Positions 45,750-53,965 are shown, counted from the first letter of the stretch. The stretch is 64,000 nucleotides of DNA from Candidatus Kerfeldbacteria bacterium (GCA_043799405.1 JAZDNT010000003.1:15461-79460); one strand, 5' to 3'. Notes: a model not told the origin generated them from the sequence alone. Made by a program: numbers and translations.

Positions 45750-47048
45750 CTACCTGTCTTCAAGGTGCGTGATCGGATCCTCGCCGGCTAACACCCTGAT
45801 GGTGTTCTTGAACTTCAGCTGCTGGATAAAGAGGTCATGTTCAGGAGGTAACGCGTCGATGGTGAGCGGGGACTTGAAGTAGAAACTGAGCCACTCTTGT
45901 ACGCCGGAATAGCCTGCGCGCGCAGCGAGATCGAGGAACAGTACGAGGTCGTGGACAACGGGCGCTGCTAAGATCGAATCGCGGCAGAGAAAGTTCACCT
46001 TGACCTGCATCGGATACCCGAGCCAGCCGACAAGATCGATGTTGTCCCAGCTCTCTTTTTCATCGCCGCGCGGCGGGTAGTAGTTGATCCGTATCTTGTG
46101 GTAGAGGTCTCCGTAGAGCTCAGGGTATAGCTCCGGCTGAAGGATCGTATCGAGCACTGAGCCCTTCGTAACCTCTTTCGAACGGAACGATCCTGGATCG
46201 TCGAGCACTTCGCCGTCACGGTTACCGAGGATATTGCTCGAGAACCAGCCACGAATACCAAGCATACGCGCTTTAAAACCAGGGGCGAGAATGGTTTTTA
46301 CAAGCGTCTGCCCTGTCTTAAAATCCTTGCCGATCATTGGCGTGTTCGTCTTTGCCGAAAGTTCGCGGAGTGCCGGAATTTCGCAGTTCAAGTGCGGCGC
46401 TCCGTTTGCGTAGGGTATGCCCGAACGTAACGCGGCGTACGCGTAGAGCATGCTCGGGCTAATGGCGTGGTCGTCGGCATCGAGCGCATGCTCGAATGCA
46501 TCAAGCGACTTATGGACATCGACAGGCTCATGGTACACCTCGGTGCTTCCGCACCAGATCATAACAAGACGATCGCATTGATTCGTTTTGCGGAACCGTT
46601 CGATATCATCAATGAGCGCATTCACCAATTCGCGCCGCGTGCCCTTTTTTACGTTCGGACCATCGAGCTTTTTAACGTACTCTCGGTCGAACGCAGCGGA
46701 TAGTGGCATGATCGGTTCAAGGTCGTTCCGCAAAGGATCGAGGTGCTCACGTTTCAATACTCCCGCCTTTTCCGCTGCTTCAAAAGCATTGTCAGGAAAG
46801 ATATCCCATCCGCCAAAAACGATATCAGCTAGATCCGCGAGCGGTACGACCTCTCGGATACGGGGATTCCGGTTATCTGCTCGCTTTCCAAGACGGATGT
46901 GAGCAAGCTCAGCGACCGATCCGATCGGACGCCCGAGATTCCTTCTAACCGCGCACACCCCGGCAATGTAGGTAGTCGCTACAGCGCCAAGTCCAGGCAG
47001 GAGCACACCGAGACGGCCTTGCGCTGGCCGAATGGAATGTTTACCCAT
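45750..47048 (-). CDS. myo-inositol-1-phosphate (inositol-3-phosphate) synthase
   Basis: N-terminal Rossmann GVLLPGLGAVATT, SNILGNRDG motif, about 430 aa. Confidence 0.85.
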   Translation of the reverse strand: MGKHSIRPAQGRLGVLLPGLGAVATTYIAGVCAVRRNLGRPIGSVAELAHIRLGKRADNRNPRIREVVPLADLADIVFGGWDIFPDNAFEAAEKAGVLKREHLDPLRNDLEPIMPLSAAFDREYVKKLDGPNVKKGTRRELVNALIDDIERFRKTNQCDRLVMIWCGSTEVYHEPVDVHKSLDAFEHALDADDHAISPSMLYAYAALRSGIPYANGAPHLNCEIPALRELSAKTNTPMIGKDFKTGQTLVKTILAPGFKARMLGIRGWFSSNILGNRDGEVLDDPGSFRSKEVTKGSVLDTILQPELYPELYGDLYHKIRINYYPPRGDEKESWDNIDLVGWLGYPMQVKVNFLCRDSILAAPVVHDLVLFLDLAARAGYSGVQEWLSFYFKSPLTIDALPPEHDLFIQQLKFKNTIRVLAGEDPITHLEDR

Positions 47049-47376
47049 AGGGGGTCGATTCGTTTTTTCCCATGATCTCTAGCCAGTCGCCCCGAGCCGC
47101 ATCCCATCGGAACGCCCGTACCGTATGCACTTTTTCGGTTGCCGAGTATTGGTACTTGACACTGACGTTGCTTCCGATACGTTTCGAACCGAGCGCGGTT
47201 TTTCCGATGACGCGAGGTTTACTGACGCGTTCAAGTTTCATCCGTCCCTGGGGTGTTTCGAATTCGATTACCTCAAGGTCGCCCGATGCTTCATCGCCCC
47301 GGGTCACCTCATGCCGCTCAACCTTAAACGTATCCTGAATCCGACCGATTGTGTCCTTCCACTGTTCATCGTGCAT
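47041..47376 (-). CDS. hypothetical protein (111 aa)
   Basis: ORF overlapping the MIPS start by 8 nt. No family recognised. Confidence 0.5.
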   Translation of the reverse strand: MHDEQWKDTIGRIQDTFKVERHEVTRGDEASGDLEVIEFETPQGRMKLERVSKPRVIGKTALGSKRIGSNVSVKYQYSATEKVHTVRAFRWDAARGDWLEIMGKNESTPYG

Positions 47377-47388
47377 GTTACGTATGCG

Positions 47389-48438
47389 TTAAAAGTACGT
47401 GCTCAGTTTATCGGGGTCGACCATACGATTTTTCGCTGTTGTTTCGCTGATACGACCGGCAAGGTACAACTGACGCAGTGCTACATCCATCGTCCGCATC
47501 CCTTCCTTTGTCCCCATTTGCATTGCCGATGGGATCTGAGCGATCTGGTTCTCACGAATCATGTTTGCTATCGCTGGCGTGTTGATGAGCACCTCGCGAA
47601 CCGCGATCCGGCCTCCGCCTACCTGAGGAACGAGTTGTTGCGCAACGATCGCACGAAGGACGCTCGAGAGCTGAACGCGGGCTTCATCCTGCTGGTAGGG
47701 AGGGAACATATCGATGATCCTGTCGACCGTCTGCGCAGCGCTCGGTGTATGGAGCGTGGAAAGAACGAGGTGTCCGGTCTCGGCAGAGGTAAGGGTCGCC
47801 TGGAACGTCTCGAGGTCGCGCATCTCGCCGACGAAGATGACGTTCGGATCCTGCCGTAACACGCGCTTGAGCGCTGATGAGAACGAGTGCGTGTCAATAT
47901 CGACCTCTCGCTGTTCGATGATGCTCTGCTTCGGCGTAAAAATGAATTCGATCGGATCCTCGATGGTAATGATGTGCGCTCGCCGTTCCGAGTTGATGAT
48001 ATCGATCATCGCCGCAAGCGTCGTAGACTTCCCCATGCCGGACGCTCCTGTGACGAGCACTAATCCCGAATTGATGTGCGTCAGTTCGTACAACGTCTCA
48101 TCGAAGTCAAGCTCTTTTGCGTCGGGAATGACGTGCGGAACGATACGAACAGCGACCGCGACGCTCCTGAGTTCGAAGTGGAGATTGATCCTGAACCGAC
48201 TGACGCCGGAAAGATCGAACGAGAAATCGTACTCCTGTTCGTTCTCGAACCGCTTGATCTGGTCGGCGGTCAGGATGCTGTAGATGAGCGAACGCGTATC
48301 ATCGGATCTGAGGCGTGGTTGGCCCTTGATATGCTCAAGCTCCCCGTCGATGCGAAGCGTCGGAGGTTCGCCGACGATCAGGTGCAGGTCTGATGCGCGG
48401 CTGTCGACCGCTTTCTTCATCAGCTCTTGTATCGTCAT
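47389..48438 (-). CDS. pilT: type IV pilus retraction ATPase PilT-like
   Basis: ASDLHLIVGEPPTLRIDGEL, Walker A GASGMGKST, and Asp/His boxes typical of the PilT/PilU subfamily. Confidence 0.88.
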   Translation of the reverse strand: MTIQELMKKAVDSRASDLHLIVGEPPTLRIDGELEHIKGQPRLRSDDTRSLIYSILTADQIKRFENEQEYDFSFDLSGVSRFRINLHFELRSVAVAVRIVPHVIPDAKELDFDETLYELTHINSGLVLVTGASGMGKSTTLAAMIDIINSERRAHIITIEDPIEFIFTPKQSIIEQREVDIDTHSFSSALKRVLRQDPNVIFVGEMRDLETFQATLTSAETGHLVLSTLHTPSAAQTVDRIIDMFPPYQQDEARVQLSSVLRAIVAQQLVPQVGGGRIAVREVLINTPAIANMIRENQIAQIPSAMQMGTKEGMRTMDVALRQLYLAGRISETTAKNRMVDPDKLSTYF

Positions 48439-49124
48439 ATCAACACTCTAGCATAGTTCCTTGTATGCTTTCCAGCGGGTCTCGGTGTCTTTATGGAATA
48501 CTGGCACCACCGCCGGATAGGACAGCGCCAGCACTGGGGCGTAATGGGGCGACACACGTCTTTACCGAACTTTACGAAAACGTCATTGACCGTCGACCAC
48601 TGCGCACGTGGAACGATCCTCAGAAGCGCCGTTTCCGATTGTTGCGGCGTTCGTGTTGTGATCCATCCTAACCGGTTACTGATACGATGGACGTGAACGT
48701 CAACAGCTATTGCAGGAACGCCGAATGCGAGTGATCGAACGATGTTCGCCGTCTTTCTGCCAACGCCCGGTAACGCCATGAGCGACTGCGTATCCCTCGG
48801 TACGTGGCCGTGATGGCGTGAAATGAGCAACTGAGATGTATGAAGTATATTCTGAGCTTTTACACGAAAGAACCCGATCTGATGTATAACGCGCTGTATA
48901 TCAGTTGTACGGGCACGTGCAAGAGCCCGAGGCGTCTTGTATCGAGAAAAGAGCGCATGAGCAACACAGTGCGTCGTCTCATCCCTTGTCCGTGCAGAGA
49001 GGATGGTCGAGATAAGGATCTCGAACGGTACTGAGCGATCAGAGGCTGATATACTCTTTCCGTGATACCGTCGCGCAAGGACCTTCAGGACGGGACCGAT
49101 GGTTGTTATACGGGACGTACTCAT
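48435..49124 (-). CDS. nth: endonuclease III
   Basis: HhH-GPD core (LMALPGVGRKTANIV) and a C-terminal 4Fe-4S cluster motif CRPITPQCWRCPIRRWC. Confidence 0.88.
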   Translation of the reverse strand: MSTSRITTIGPVLKVLARRYHGKSISASDRSVPFEILISTILSARTRDETTHCVAHALFSRYKTPRALARARTTDIQRVIHQIGFFRVKAQNILHTSQLLISRHHGHVPRDTQSLMALPGVGRKTANIVRSLAFGVPAIAVDVHVHRISNRLGWITTRTPQQSETALLRIVPRAQWSTVNDVFVKFGKDVCRPITPQCWRCPIRRWCQYSIKTPRPAGKHTRNYARVLI

Positions 49125-49861
49125 TCAATTCGGTCGCTTCTGATCAGACGGTTCATGACGCTTGACCATGGAATCTTAAAGATCGCATACACGAGTATGG
49201 TCAGCAGCATCAACGTCCCGAATTGATAGAGCAGCGCCGTTGAAACGGCGCTCAAACGCGTTGCACCCTGAACAAGCCGAGCGCTGAAAGCAATCGCCAA
49301 TCCGGCGCCGATCTTACCGGCAAGCGATGGCACGATAAGCTTCCAAGCAGAATAGCGGAGCATGCCAAGCGGTATGAACAGCACGTCATCCGGAAATGGA
49401 AGCAGTGAAAACGTGAAGAGGAGCGCGGGAACAACAGCAGGACGGTGCTCGACGATGCGTTTTAGGGCGGCATATTCAACCGGTCGACGGCGTTCCACGG
49501 AACCGGAGCTAAAACGACCGATACAGTAGCCGGACAGTTCGCCGATCACCGCACCGATGCCGGTTAGCACCCCGAGGAACACCGGGTTCAGACCGGCAGA
49601 TGCTAAAAAGAACGTCACGATCGTATAGGGCAAAACGATAACAACCGTAAGGTTCCCGACGAGGGCAGCGATGAATGCGCCAAAATATCCGTAGTGGACC
49701 GCCCATACGGTCCATGCCTCATAGAGCCGTTGGTTCCAGAAAGCAAATGTCTCGCTGGTAGCGACGAGTGCCGCACTAACGGCAAGCGCTGCGAGTATGC
49801 TCACCACCGCCCACTCGGGTTTTCCGAAACGCACATGCCGCTGCTGGGCCATACCGATCAT
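49121..49861 (-). CDS. DedA/TVP38-type (VTT domain) membrane protein
   Basis: Start placed at the ATGA overlap at 49858-49861. YGYFGAFIAALVGNLTVVIVLPYT and LPFPDDVLFIPLG are typical of the SNARE-associated/DedA fold. Confidence 0.65.
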   Translation of the reverse strand: MIGMAQQRHVRFGKPEWAVVSILAALAVSAALVATSETFAFWNQRLYEAWTVWAVHYGYFGAFIAALVGNLTVVIVLPYTIVTFFLASAGLNPVFLGVLTGIGAVIGELSGYCIGRFSSGSVERRRPVEYAALKRIVEHRPAVVPALLFTFSLLPFPDDVLFIPLGMLRYSAWKLIVPSLAGKIGAGLAIAFSARLVQGATRLSAVSTALLYQFGTLMLLTILVYAIFKIPWSSVMNRLIRSDRIE

Positions 49862-50157
49862 ACGAACGGCGGCTGACGCCCTCGTTCCCGCCATCGTCCG
49901 AGCGTTTCGACGACCGTCCAGAAACACACCGACACGCCGATGGTCCAGAGTACGTTCACGACGAACGGAACAACCTCGAACACCGGCCCGCCGGGACTGT
50001 ACGGGGAGAACGGTGTACGGAGAAACACCGGGAAACCAAATACAACGGTATCCACCGCGCATTTCGGCGTACAACTCTCTCTCCACATCGAGAAAAGCGT
50101 TGCCGCGACGAATAGTGCTGCGGCCGTAATGAGATACCTCCTGAATCTAGCGAACAT
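49858..50157 (-). CDS. small membrane protein (99 aa)
   Basis: ATG at 50157 preceded by GGAG. MFARFRRYLITAAALFVAATLF plus a second TM. Overlaps the rarA stop by 11 nt. Confidence 0.4.
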   Translation of the reverse strand: MFARFRRYLITAAALFVAATLFSMWRESCTPKCAVDTVVFGFPVFLRTPFSPYSPGGPVFEVVPFVVNVLWTIGVSVCFWTVVETLGRWRERGRQPPFV

Positions 50158-51439
50158 TTCCCGCTCCTTTCGGCCCAGGCGTATAGTACTTCGCATTTCG
50201 AAGGGCGTCCGGAAGGTACTGCTGATCCGCATCCTCGGGCGCATAGTCGTGTGAGTACTTGTACCCCTTGTGGTAACCGAGCTCTTTCATAAGATCGGTC
50301 GAGGCATTACGAAGGTTAAGGGGGACCGGCTCATTGAGCGTCCGCTTCACGTCCTCAACCGCTTTTCCGTATGCTACGTATGTATCATTCGATTTCGTAG
50401 CACACGAAAGGTATACAGCGACGTGCGAAAGGTTTATCTTGCACTCAGGCATGCCGATCATATCGCACGCCTGCATGCACACTACGGCAAGCGGTAACGC
50501 GTTCGGATCCGCAACGCCGATATCCTCGGATGCAAAAATGATCATGCGCCGTGCAATGAAGAGCGGGTCCTCTCCGGCCTCGAGCATGCGTCCGAGGTAG
50601 TACAGCGCTGCATCCGGATTGCTCCCGCGCATTGATTTGATGAACGCAGAAATGACGTTGTAGTGCTCCTCGCCTGACTTATCATAGAGGAGCGCCCGGT
50701 GCTGGAGGGCTTCAGCGACTGTTTCAAGCGTCAGCGTCCGAACCTTCTTCGCATCCGGTTTCGTCGCCTTTGCGCTGATCTCCAGCGCATTGAGCGCTGT
50801 CCGCGCATCTCCGTTCGCGACCGTCGTGAGCAAACGCATCGCCTTCGGTTCTACAGAGACGTTCATTGTCCCGAGTCCCCGCTCAGTATCCTTTATAGCC
50901 ATCTCGACAATCGTTTGAAGGTGCGCTGGATCAAGCCGTTTCAGCACGATGACGCGGGTTCGCGACAGTAAGGGGCTTATGACCTCGAAGCTTGGATTTT
51001 CCGTTGTCGCACCGATGAGCGTGACGATCCCCTGCTCGACGTAGGGAAGGAGCGCATCCTGCTGCGCTTTGTTCCATCGATGGATTTCATCGATGAAAAG
51101 AATGGTTCGGCTTCCATGCATTTTTCTGCGCTCAGTAGCCGCTTTGACGATCCTCCGTAGATCCTCTTTACCGCTATCAACTGCGGATAAATGTATGAAT
51201 TCGGATTTCGTTAGTCCTGCGACGATCGAAGCGATTGTTGTTTTCCCCGATCCCGGTGGTCCCCAGAACAGTATTGAGAACAGCTCGTCATTCTCGACAG
51301 CACGTCGTAATATGGTCCCCTTCCCAACGGCTTCTTGTTGTCCAAAAAACTCATCGAACGTACGCGGGCGCATTCTGTCCGCTAACGGAGCATTGACGCG
51401 GAGATCTTTCTCAAGTTTCGTATCGAATAGGTCTGCCAT
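50147..51439 (-). CDS. rarA: replication-associated recombination protein A (AAA+ ATPase)
   Basis: Walker A GPPGSGKTT, Walker B LFIDEIHR, MgsA-type C-terminal domain. Confidence 0.9.
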   Translation of the reverse strand: MADLFDTKLEKDLRVNAPLADRMRPRTFDEFFGQQEAVGKGTILRRAVENDELFSILFWGPPGSGKTTIASIVAGLTKSEFIHLSAVDSGKEDLRRIVKAATERRKMHGSRTILFIDEIHRWNKAQQDALLPYVEQGIVTLIGATTENPSFEVISPLLSRTRVIVLKRLDPAHLQTIVEMAIKDTERGLGTMNVSVEPKAMRLLTTVANGDARTALNALEISAKATKPDAKKVRTLTLETVAEALQHRALLYDKSGEEHYNVISAFIKSMRGSNPDAALYYLGRMLEAGEDPLFIARRMIIFASEDIGVADPNALPLAVVCMQACDMIGMPECKINLSHVAVYLSCATKSNDTYVAYGKAVEDVKRTLNEPVPLNLRNASTDLMKELGYHKGYKYSHDYAPEDADQQYLPDALRNAKYYTPGPKGAGNVR

Positions 51440-51563
51440 GCGTTGTTTTCATTATGCTCTGAAGGTACTGCGTAAGTGTACCAAAACCGAAGAAAAGCCG
51501 AAAGATACTCCAGCATCTTTCGCCCCGAGCAACTGCGAGGGGCCTCACACACCAGTGCTTGAC

Positions 51564-52262
51564 CTACTTTCCCCCGAACCGCCGCTCGCGCCGAGAATAT
51601 TCAGCGAGCGCCTCATCAAAATCTTTCGGAGTAAAGTCTGGCCAGAGCTTTGGCGAAAACACGAACTCGCTGTATTCAGCCTGCCATGCCATGAATCCCG
51701 AAAGCCGCATTTCCCCGCTCGTACGGATAATGAGCTCGGGATCGGGTATATCCGGCTGATACAGGTGTTTCGAGATGAGCGAGGTATCGATACGGTCAGG
51801 ATCCGGTTTCGACCGTACGATCGCACGGATAGCATCGACGAGTTCGGTCCGTCCTCCGTAGTTTAAGAGCACGTTGAGAACGCCCCCCGTATTCTGTCGT
51901 GTGAGATTCATTGCGTCCGCAACGAGATTCTGCAACCTCGTAGACAGCTCATGGATCCTGCCGGTAACGACGAGCCTTACGTTCTTCCGATGGAAATCCG
52001 CGACCTCCTCGCGAAGCACCCACTCAAGAAGGCGCATGAGGTACTGGACCTCGCGCTTCGCTCGCTTCCAGTTCTCGGTCGAAAAAGCCCAGACGCTTAG
52101 GTACTTCACGCCACGGTCGAGCGCCGCGTCGCCGATCCTCTTCAAGGTCTGGTAACCGATGCGATGACCTTCGAGCGCGGGTTTTCCGTGCTTCCGTGCC
52201 CAGCGACGGTTACCATCCATGATGATGGCGACGTGCTTCGGCACGGTATGAACTGATGACAT
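51564..52262 (-). CDS. uppS: undecaprenyl-diphosphate synthase (cis-isoprenyl transferase)
   Basis: Start moved to MSSVHTVPKHVAIIMDGNRRWA. The upstream part of the track ORF is translation across tRNA sequence. Confidence 0.9.
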   Translation of the reverse strand: MSSVHTVPKHVAIIMDGNRRWARKHGKPALEGHRIGYQTLKRIGDAALDRGVKYLSVWAFSTENWKRAKREVQYLMRLLEWVLREEVADFHRKNVRLVVTGRIHELSTRLQNLVADAMNLTRQNTGGVLNVLLNYGGRTELVDAIRAIVRSKPDPDRIDTSLISKHLYQPDIPDPELIIRTSGEMRLSGFMAWQAEYSEFVFSPKLWPDFTPKDFDEALAEYSRRERRFGGK

Positions 52263-52285
52263 ATGGATAGTATACACCTTTCGTT

Positions 52286-52340
52286 TGGTCGGGGTACCGG
52301 GACTCGAACCCGGGACCTCAGTTCCCCCGCACCACAATTG
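52286..52340 (-). pseudogene. tRNA-Pro-like 3' half, copy a (ends in CCA) with GTGGTGCGGGG helper strand
   Basis: Minus strand reads CAATTGTGGTGCGGGGGAACTGAGGTC CCGGG TTCGAGT CCCGG TACCCCG A CCA. Confidence 0.6.
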
Positions 52341-52367
52341 ACTGCTAAATGTCTTACTCACGCTTCC

Positions 52368-52423
52368 TGTCGGGGTACCGGGACTCGAACCCGGGACCTC
52401 AGTTCCCCCGCACCACAATTTTG
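52368..52423 (-). pseudogene. tRNA-Pro-like 3' half, copy b (ends ACA), contiguous with the trailer of inner tRNA-Pro
   Basis: Same 50 nt as copy a. Preceded by ACAAAATTGTGGTGCGGGG, which pairs with the leader at 52496-52514. Confidence 0.6.
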
Positions 52424-52495
52424 TCGGGGATGCGAGATTTGAACTCGCGACCTCTCGGTCCCGAACCGAGCGCGCTACCACTGCGCCAATCCCCG
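52424..52495 (-). tRNA. tRNA-Pro(CGG), complete cloverleaf, no encoded CCA
   Basis: CGGGGAT TG GCGC AGTGGTA GCGC G CTCGG TTCGGGA CCGAG AGGTC GCGAG TTCAAAT CTCGC ATCCCCG A. Confidence 0.85.
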
Positions 52496-52518
52496 ACAAA
52501 ATTGTGGTGCGGGGCGGG

Positions 52519-52576
52519 CCGAACCGTGCGCGCGGACTTTATCCCGCCGTATGGCGGGGAACTGCGCTATACCCCG
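52519..52576 (-). pseudogene. tRNA-Pro-like 5' portion (acceptor, D arm carrying a CCCCGCC-ATAC-GGCGGG hairpin, anticodon stem 5' strand and TTCGG)
   Basis: CGGGGTA TA GCGC AGTT CCCCGCCATACGGCGGG ATAAAGTCC GCGC G CACGG TTCGG, then CCCGCCCCGCACCAC.... The acceptor matches the 3' halves, but the 3' halves lack CCGTG to pair with CACGG. Confidence 0.5.
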
Positions 52577-52667
52577 AAGCAATACGTGGATTGTGAATTT
52601 ACGGCGCCCTGCCAACGGAGTTTATCCCGAGCTACCGCGAGGGACCATGCCCCGATGGTATCTAGTC

Positions 52668-52913
52668 TGGCAGGGGTGCCAGGGCTCGAACCTGGAATAA
52701 CGGTTTTGCCTGCCCGCCGTACGGAGGTATTTTTTAATGTGTACTGTATCAATGTCATTAATTGGCAGGGGCGGAAGGTGTCGCACCCTCATTACCGGTT
52801 TTGGAGACCGGTGTTCTACTGCTGAACTACGCCCCCATCAACTAACGACAGATTGTTTTCTCCGTACTCCGGCAGGCGGGGAGACCGTTGTGATACCGTT
52901 TCACTACACCCCC
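52668..52913 (-). tRNA. interrupted tRNA-Trp(CCA) (outer gene): exons 52881-52913 and 52668-52708 separated by a 172-nt insertion
   Basis: Joined exons give GGGGGTG TA GTGA AACGGTA TCAC A ACGGT CTC|CAAA ACCGT TATT CCAGG TTCGAGC CCTGG CACCCCT G CCA, a canonical cloverleaf. The insertion sits at anticodon position 34/35 (or 35/36 by sliding). Confidence 0.6.
52763..52836 (-). tRNA. tRNA-Trp(CCA) (inner gene) with a non-canonical elbow
   Basis: GGGGGCG TA GTTC AGCAGTA GAAC A CCGGT CTCCAAA ACCGG TAAT GAGGG TGCGACA CCTTC CGCCCCT G CCA. The D loop lacks GG, and the T loop has G where U55 is expected. Confidence 0.75.
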
Positions 52914-53002
52914 ATCAAAACTGGTGCTGGATTGAAAACTATTCCTGCCCGGCGAAGCCGGGTCCGGCTCTGCCGGAAACGACGCTCCCGCGATTGTAGC
53001 TC

Positions 53003-53164
53003 TCATTTCAATTTCGCTTCTTTATGGAGCGTATGTTTCTTGCACCACTTGCAATACTTCTTCAGTTCGATCTTCACCTTGACCTTTTTCTTGTTACGTC
53101 TCGAAAAGTAATTGACGTGCTTGCACACACCGCATGAGAGACCGATAAGATTGTCTTGGGACAT
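53003..53164 (-). CDS. rpmG: 50S ribosomal protein L33 (53 aa, zinc-ribbon type)
   Basis: Own translation: MSQDNLIGLSCGVCKHVNYFSRRNKKKVKVKIELKKYCKWCKKHTLHKEAKLK. Below the ORF-track size cutoff. Confidence 0.85.
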   Translation of the reverse strand: MSQDNLIGLSCGVCKHVNYFSRRNKKKVKVKIELKKYCKWCKKHTLHKEAKLK

Positions 53165-53198
53165 AAGGAATGGTTAATTAGGAATTGTGTTCGTTCAG

Positions 53199-53570
53199 TT
53201 AATTAAGGTGGCGGGCTTTGGCAAGATACTTAATATATGCATTGAGTCCGATCAATAGGCCTTCGTACTCGTGATCAAATGAATTGAATTCTTCTTCAGG
53301 CAGATACCCCAGACCCTCGGCAACTTTTAGATGACTTCTTGTTTCAAACACCTCGCCACGAGATTGGTAGAGAACTCGAATTTTATCGTTAAATGAATGC
53401 CTTCCCTGGCTTTCAGCGATATTCGCGATAATGGCATTAGCCGACCGTCTTAGCTGATCTATCAGACCATATCGTTCAGATGTTGGAAAGCGCTCAGTTA
53501 TCCGATAGACGTTGAGAACGAGCGTATATCCGTTCTTCCAGATATCGAGTTGATAGAATGATTGTGGCAT
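53199..53570 (-). CDS. four-helix-bundle protein of the 23S rRNA intervening-sequence (IVS) protein family
   Basis: MPQSFYQLDIWKNGYTLVLNVYRITERFPTSERYGLIDQLRRSANAIIANIAESQGR... is the typical signature of this family. Confidence 0.8.
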   Translation of the reverse strand: MPQSFYQLDIWKNGYTLVLNVYRITERFPTSERYGLIDQLRRSANAIIANIAESQGRHSFNDKIRVLYQSRGEVFETRSHLKVAEGLGYLPEEEFNSFDHEYEGLLIGLNAYIKYLAKARHLN

Positions 53571-53638
53571 AACTTTTCTTTCTTGCCACCAATCTTTAGT
53601 TTCTTAATTAACTTAATTAACTATTATCTTCCTGCTGA

Positions 53639-53869
53639 AGCCGGTGGTCGGATTTGAACCGACGACCTACTGTTTATCCCGATGTTCTCAAAATCTTGCC
53701 GGTGGAGCCGGAGAGCGGATTCGAACCGCTGACCTGCTGTTTACAAAACAGCTGCTCTACCGCTGAGCTACTCCGGCAAGATTTTGTAAGAACATCGAGG
53801 ATCCCGCGTACTATACCTTATTTATCGGAGCGGGACAAAACAGTTGCTCTACCACTGAGCTACACCGGC
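53639..53869 (-). tRNA. interrupted tRNA-Thr(UGU) (outer gene): exons 53835-53869 and 53639-53675 separated by a 159-nt insertion; no CCA
   Basis: Joined exons give GCCGGTG TA GCTC AGTGGTA GAGC A ACTGT TTTGT|AA ACAGT AGGTC GTCGG TTCAAAT CCGAC CACCGGC T. Confidence 0.6.
53703..53777 (-). tRNA. tRNA-Thr(UGU) (inner gene), CCA encoded
   Basis: GCCGGAG TA GCTC AGCGGTA GAGC A GCTGT TTTGTAA ACAGC AGGTC AGCGG TTCGAAT CCGCT CTCCGGC T CCA. Confidence 0.9.
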
Positions 53870-53906
53870 GTGGCGGACGCGTCCGAACATCGGACAATCC
53901 TCTGCT

Positions 53907-53935
53907 TGTATACCATTTTTCCGGTGCATCTTCAA
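53907..53935 (-). promoter_or_regulatory. candidate promoter for the Thr(UGU) unit (TTGAAG-17-TATACA)
   Basis: On the minus strand, TTGAAG at 53935-53930 and TATACA at 53912-53907, about 35 nt upstream of the outer tRNA 5' end. Confidence 0.4.
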
Positions 53936-53965
53936 CAGTCGCAGAATGATGAGAAGGGTTATTAC

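Noticed and set aside
52263-52499. The N-terminal extension of the uppS track ORF (MSGIGAVVARSVRDREVASSNLASPTKLWCGGTEVPGSSPGTPT...)
   Set aside because: It is a translation of tRNA sequence; the duplicated WCGGTEVPGSSPGTPT comes from the two tRNA-Pro 3' halves. UppS starts at MSSVHTVPKH (52262).
53199-53620. TTAATTAA strings as terminal repeats of a mobile element carrying the four-helix-bundle gene
   Set aside because: One copy simply contains the stop codon of the gene. The others lie in an AT-rich spacer, and there is no transposase or target duplication. It is mentioned only as context.
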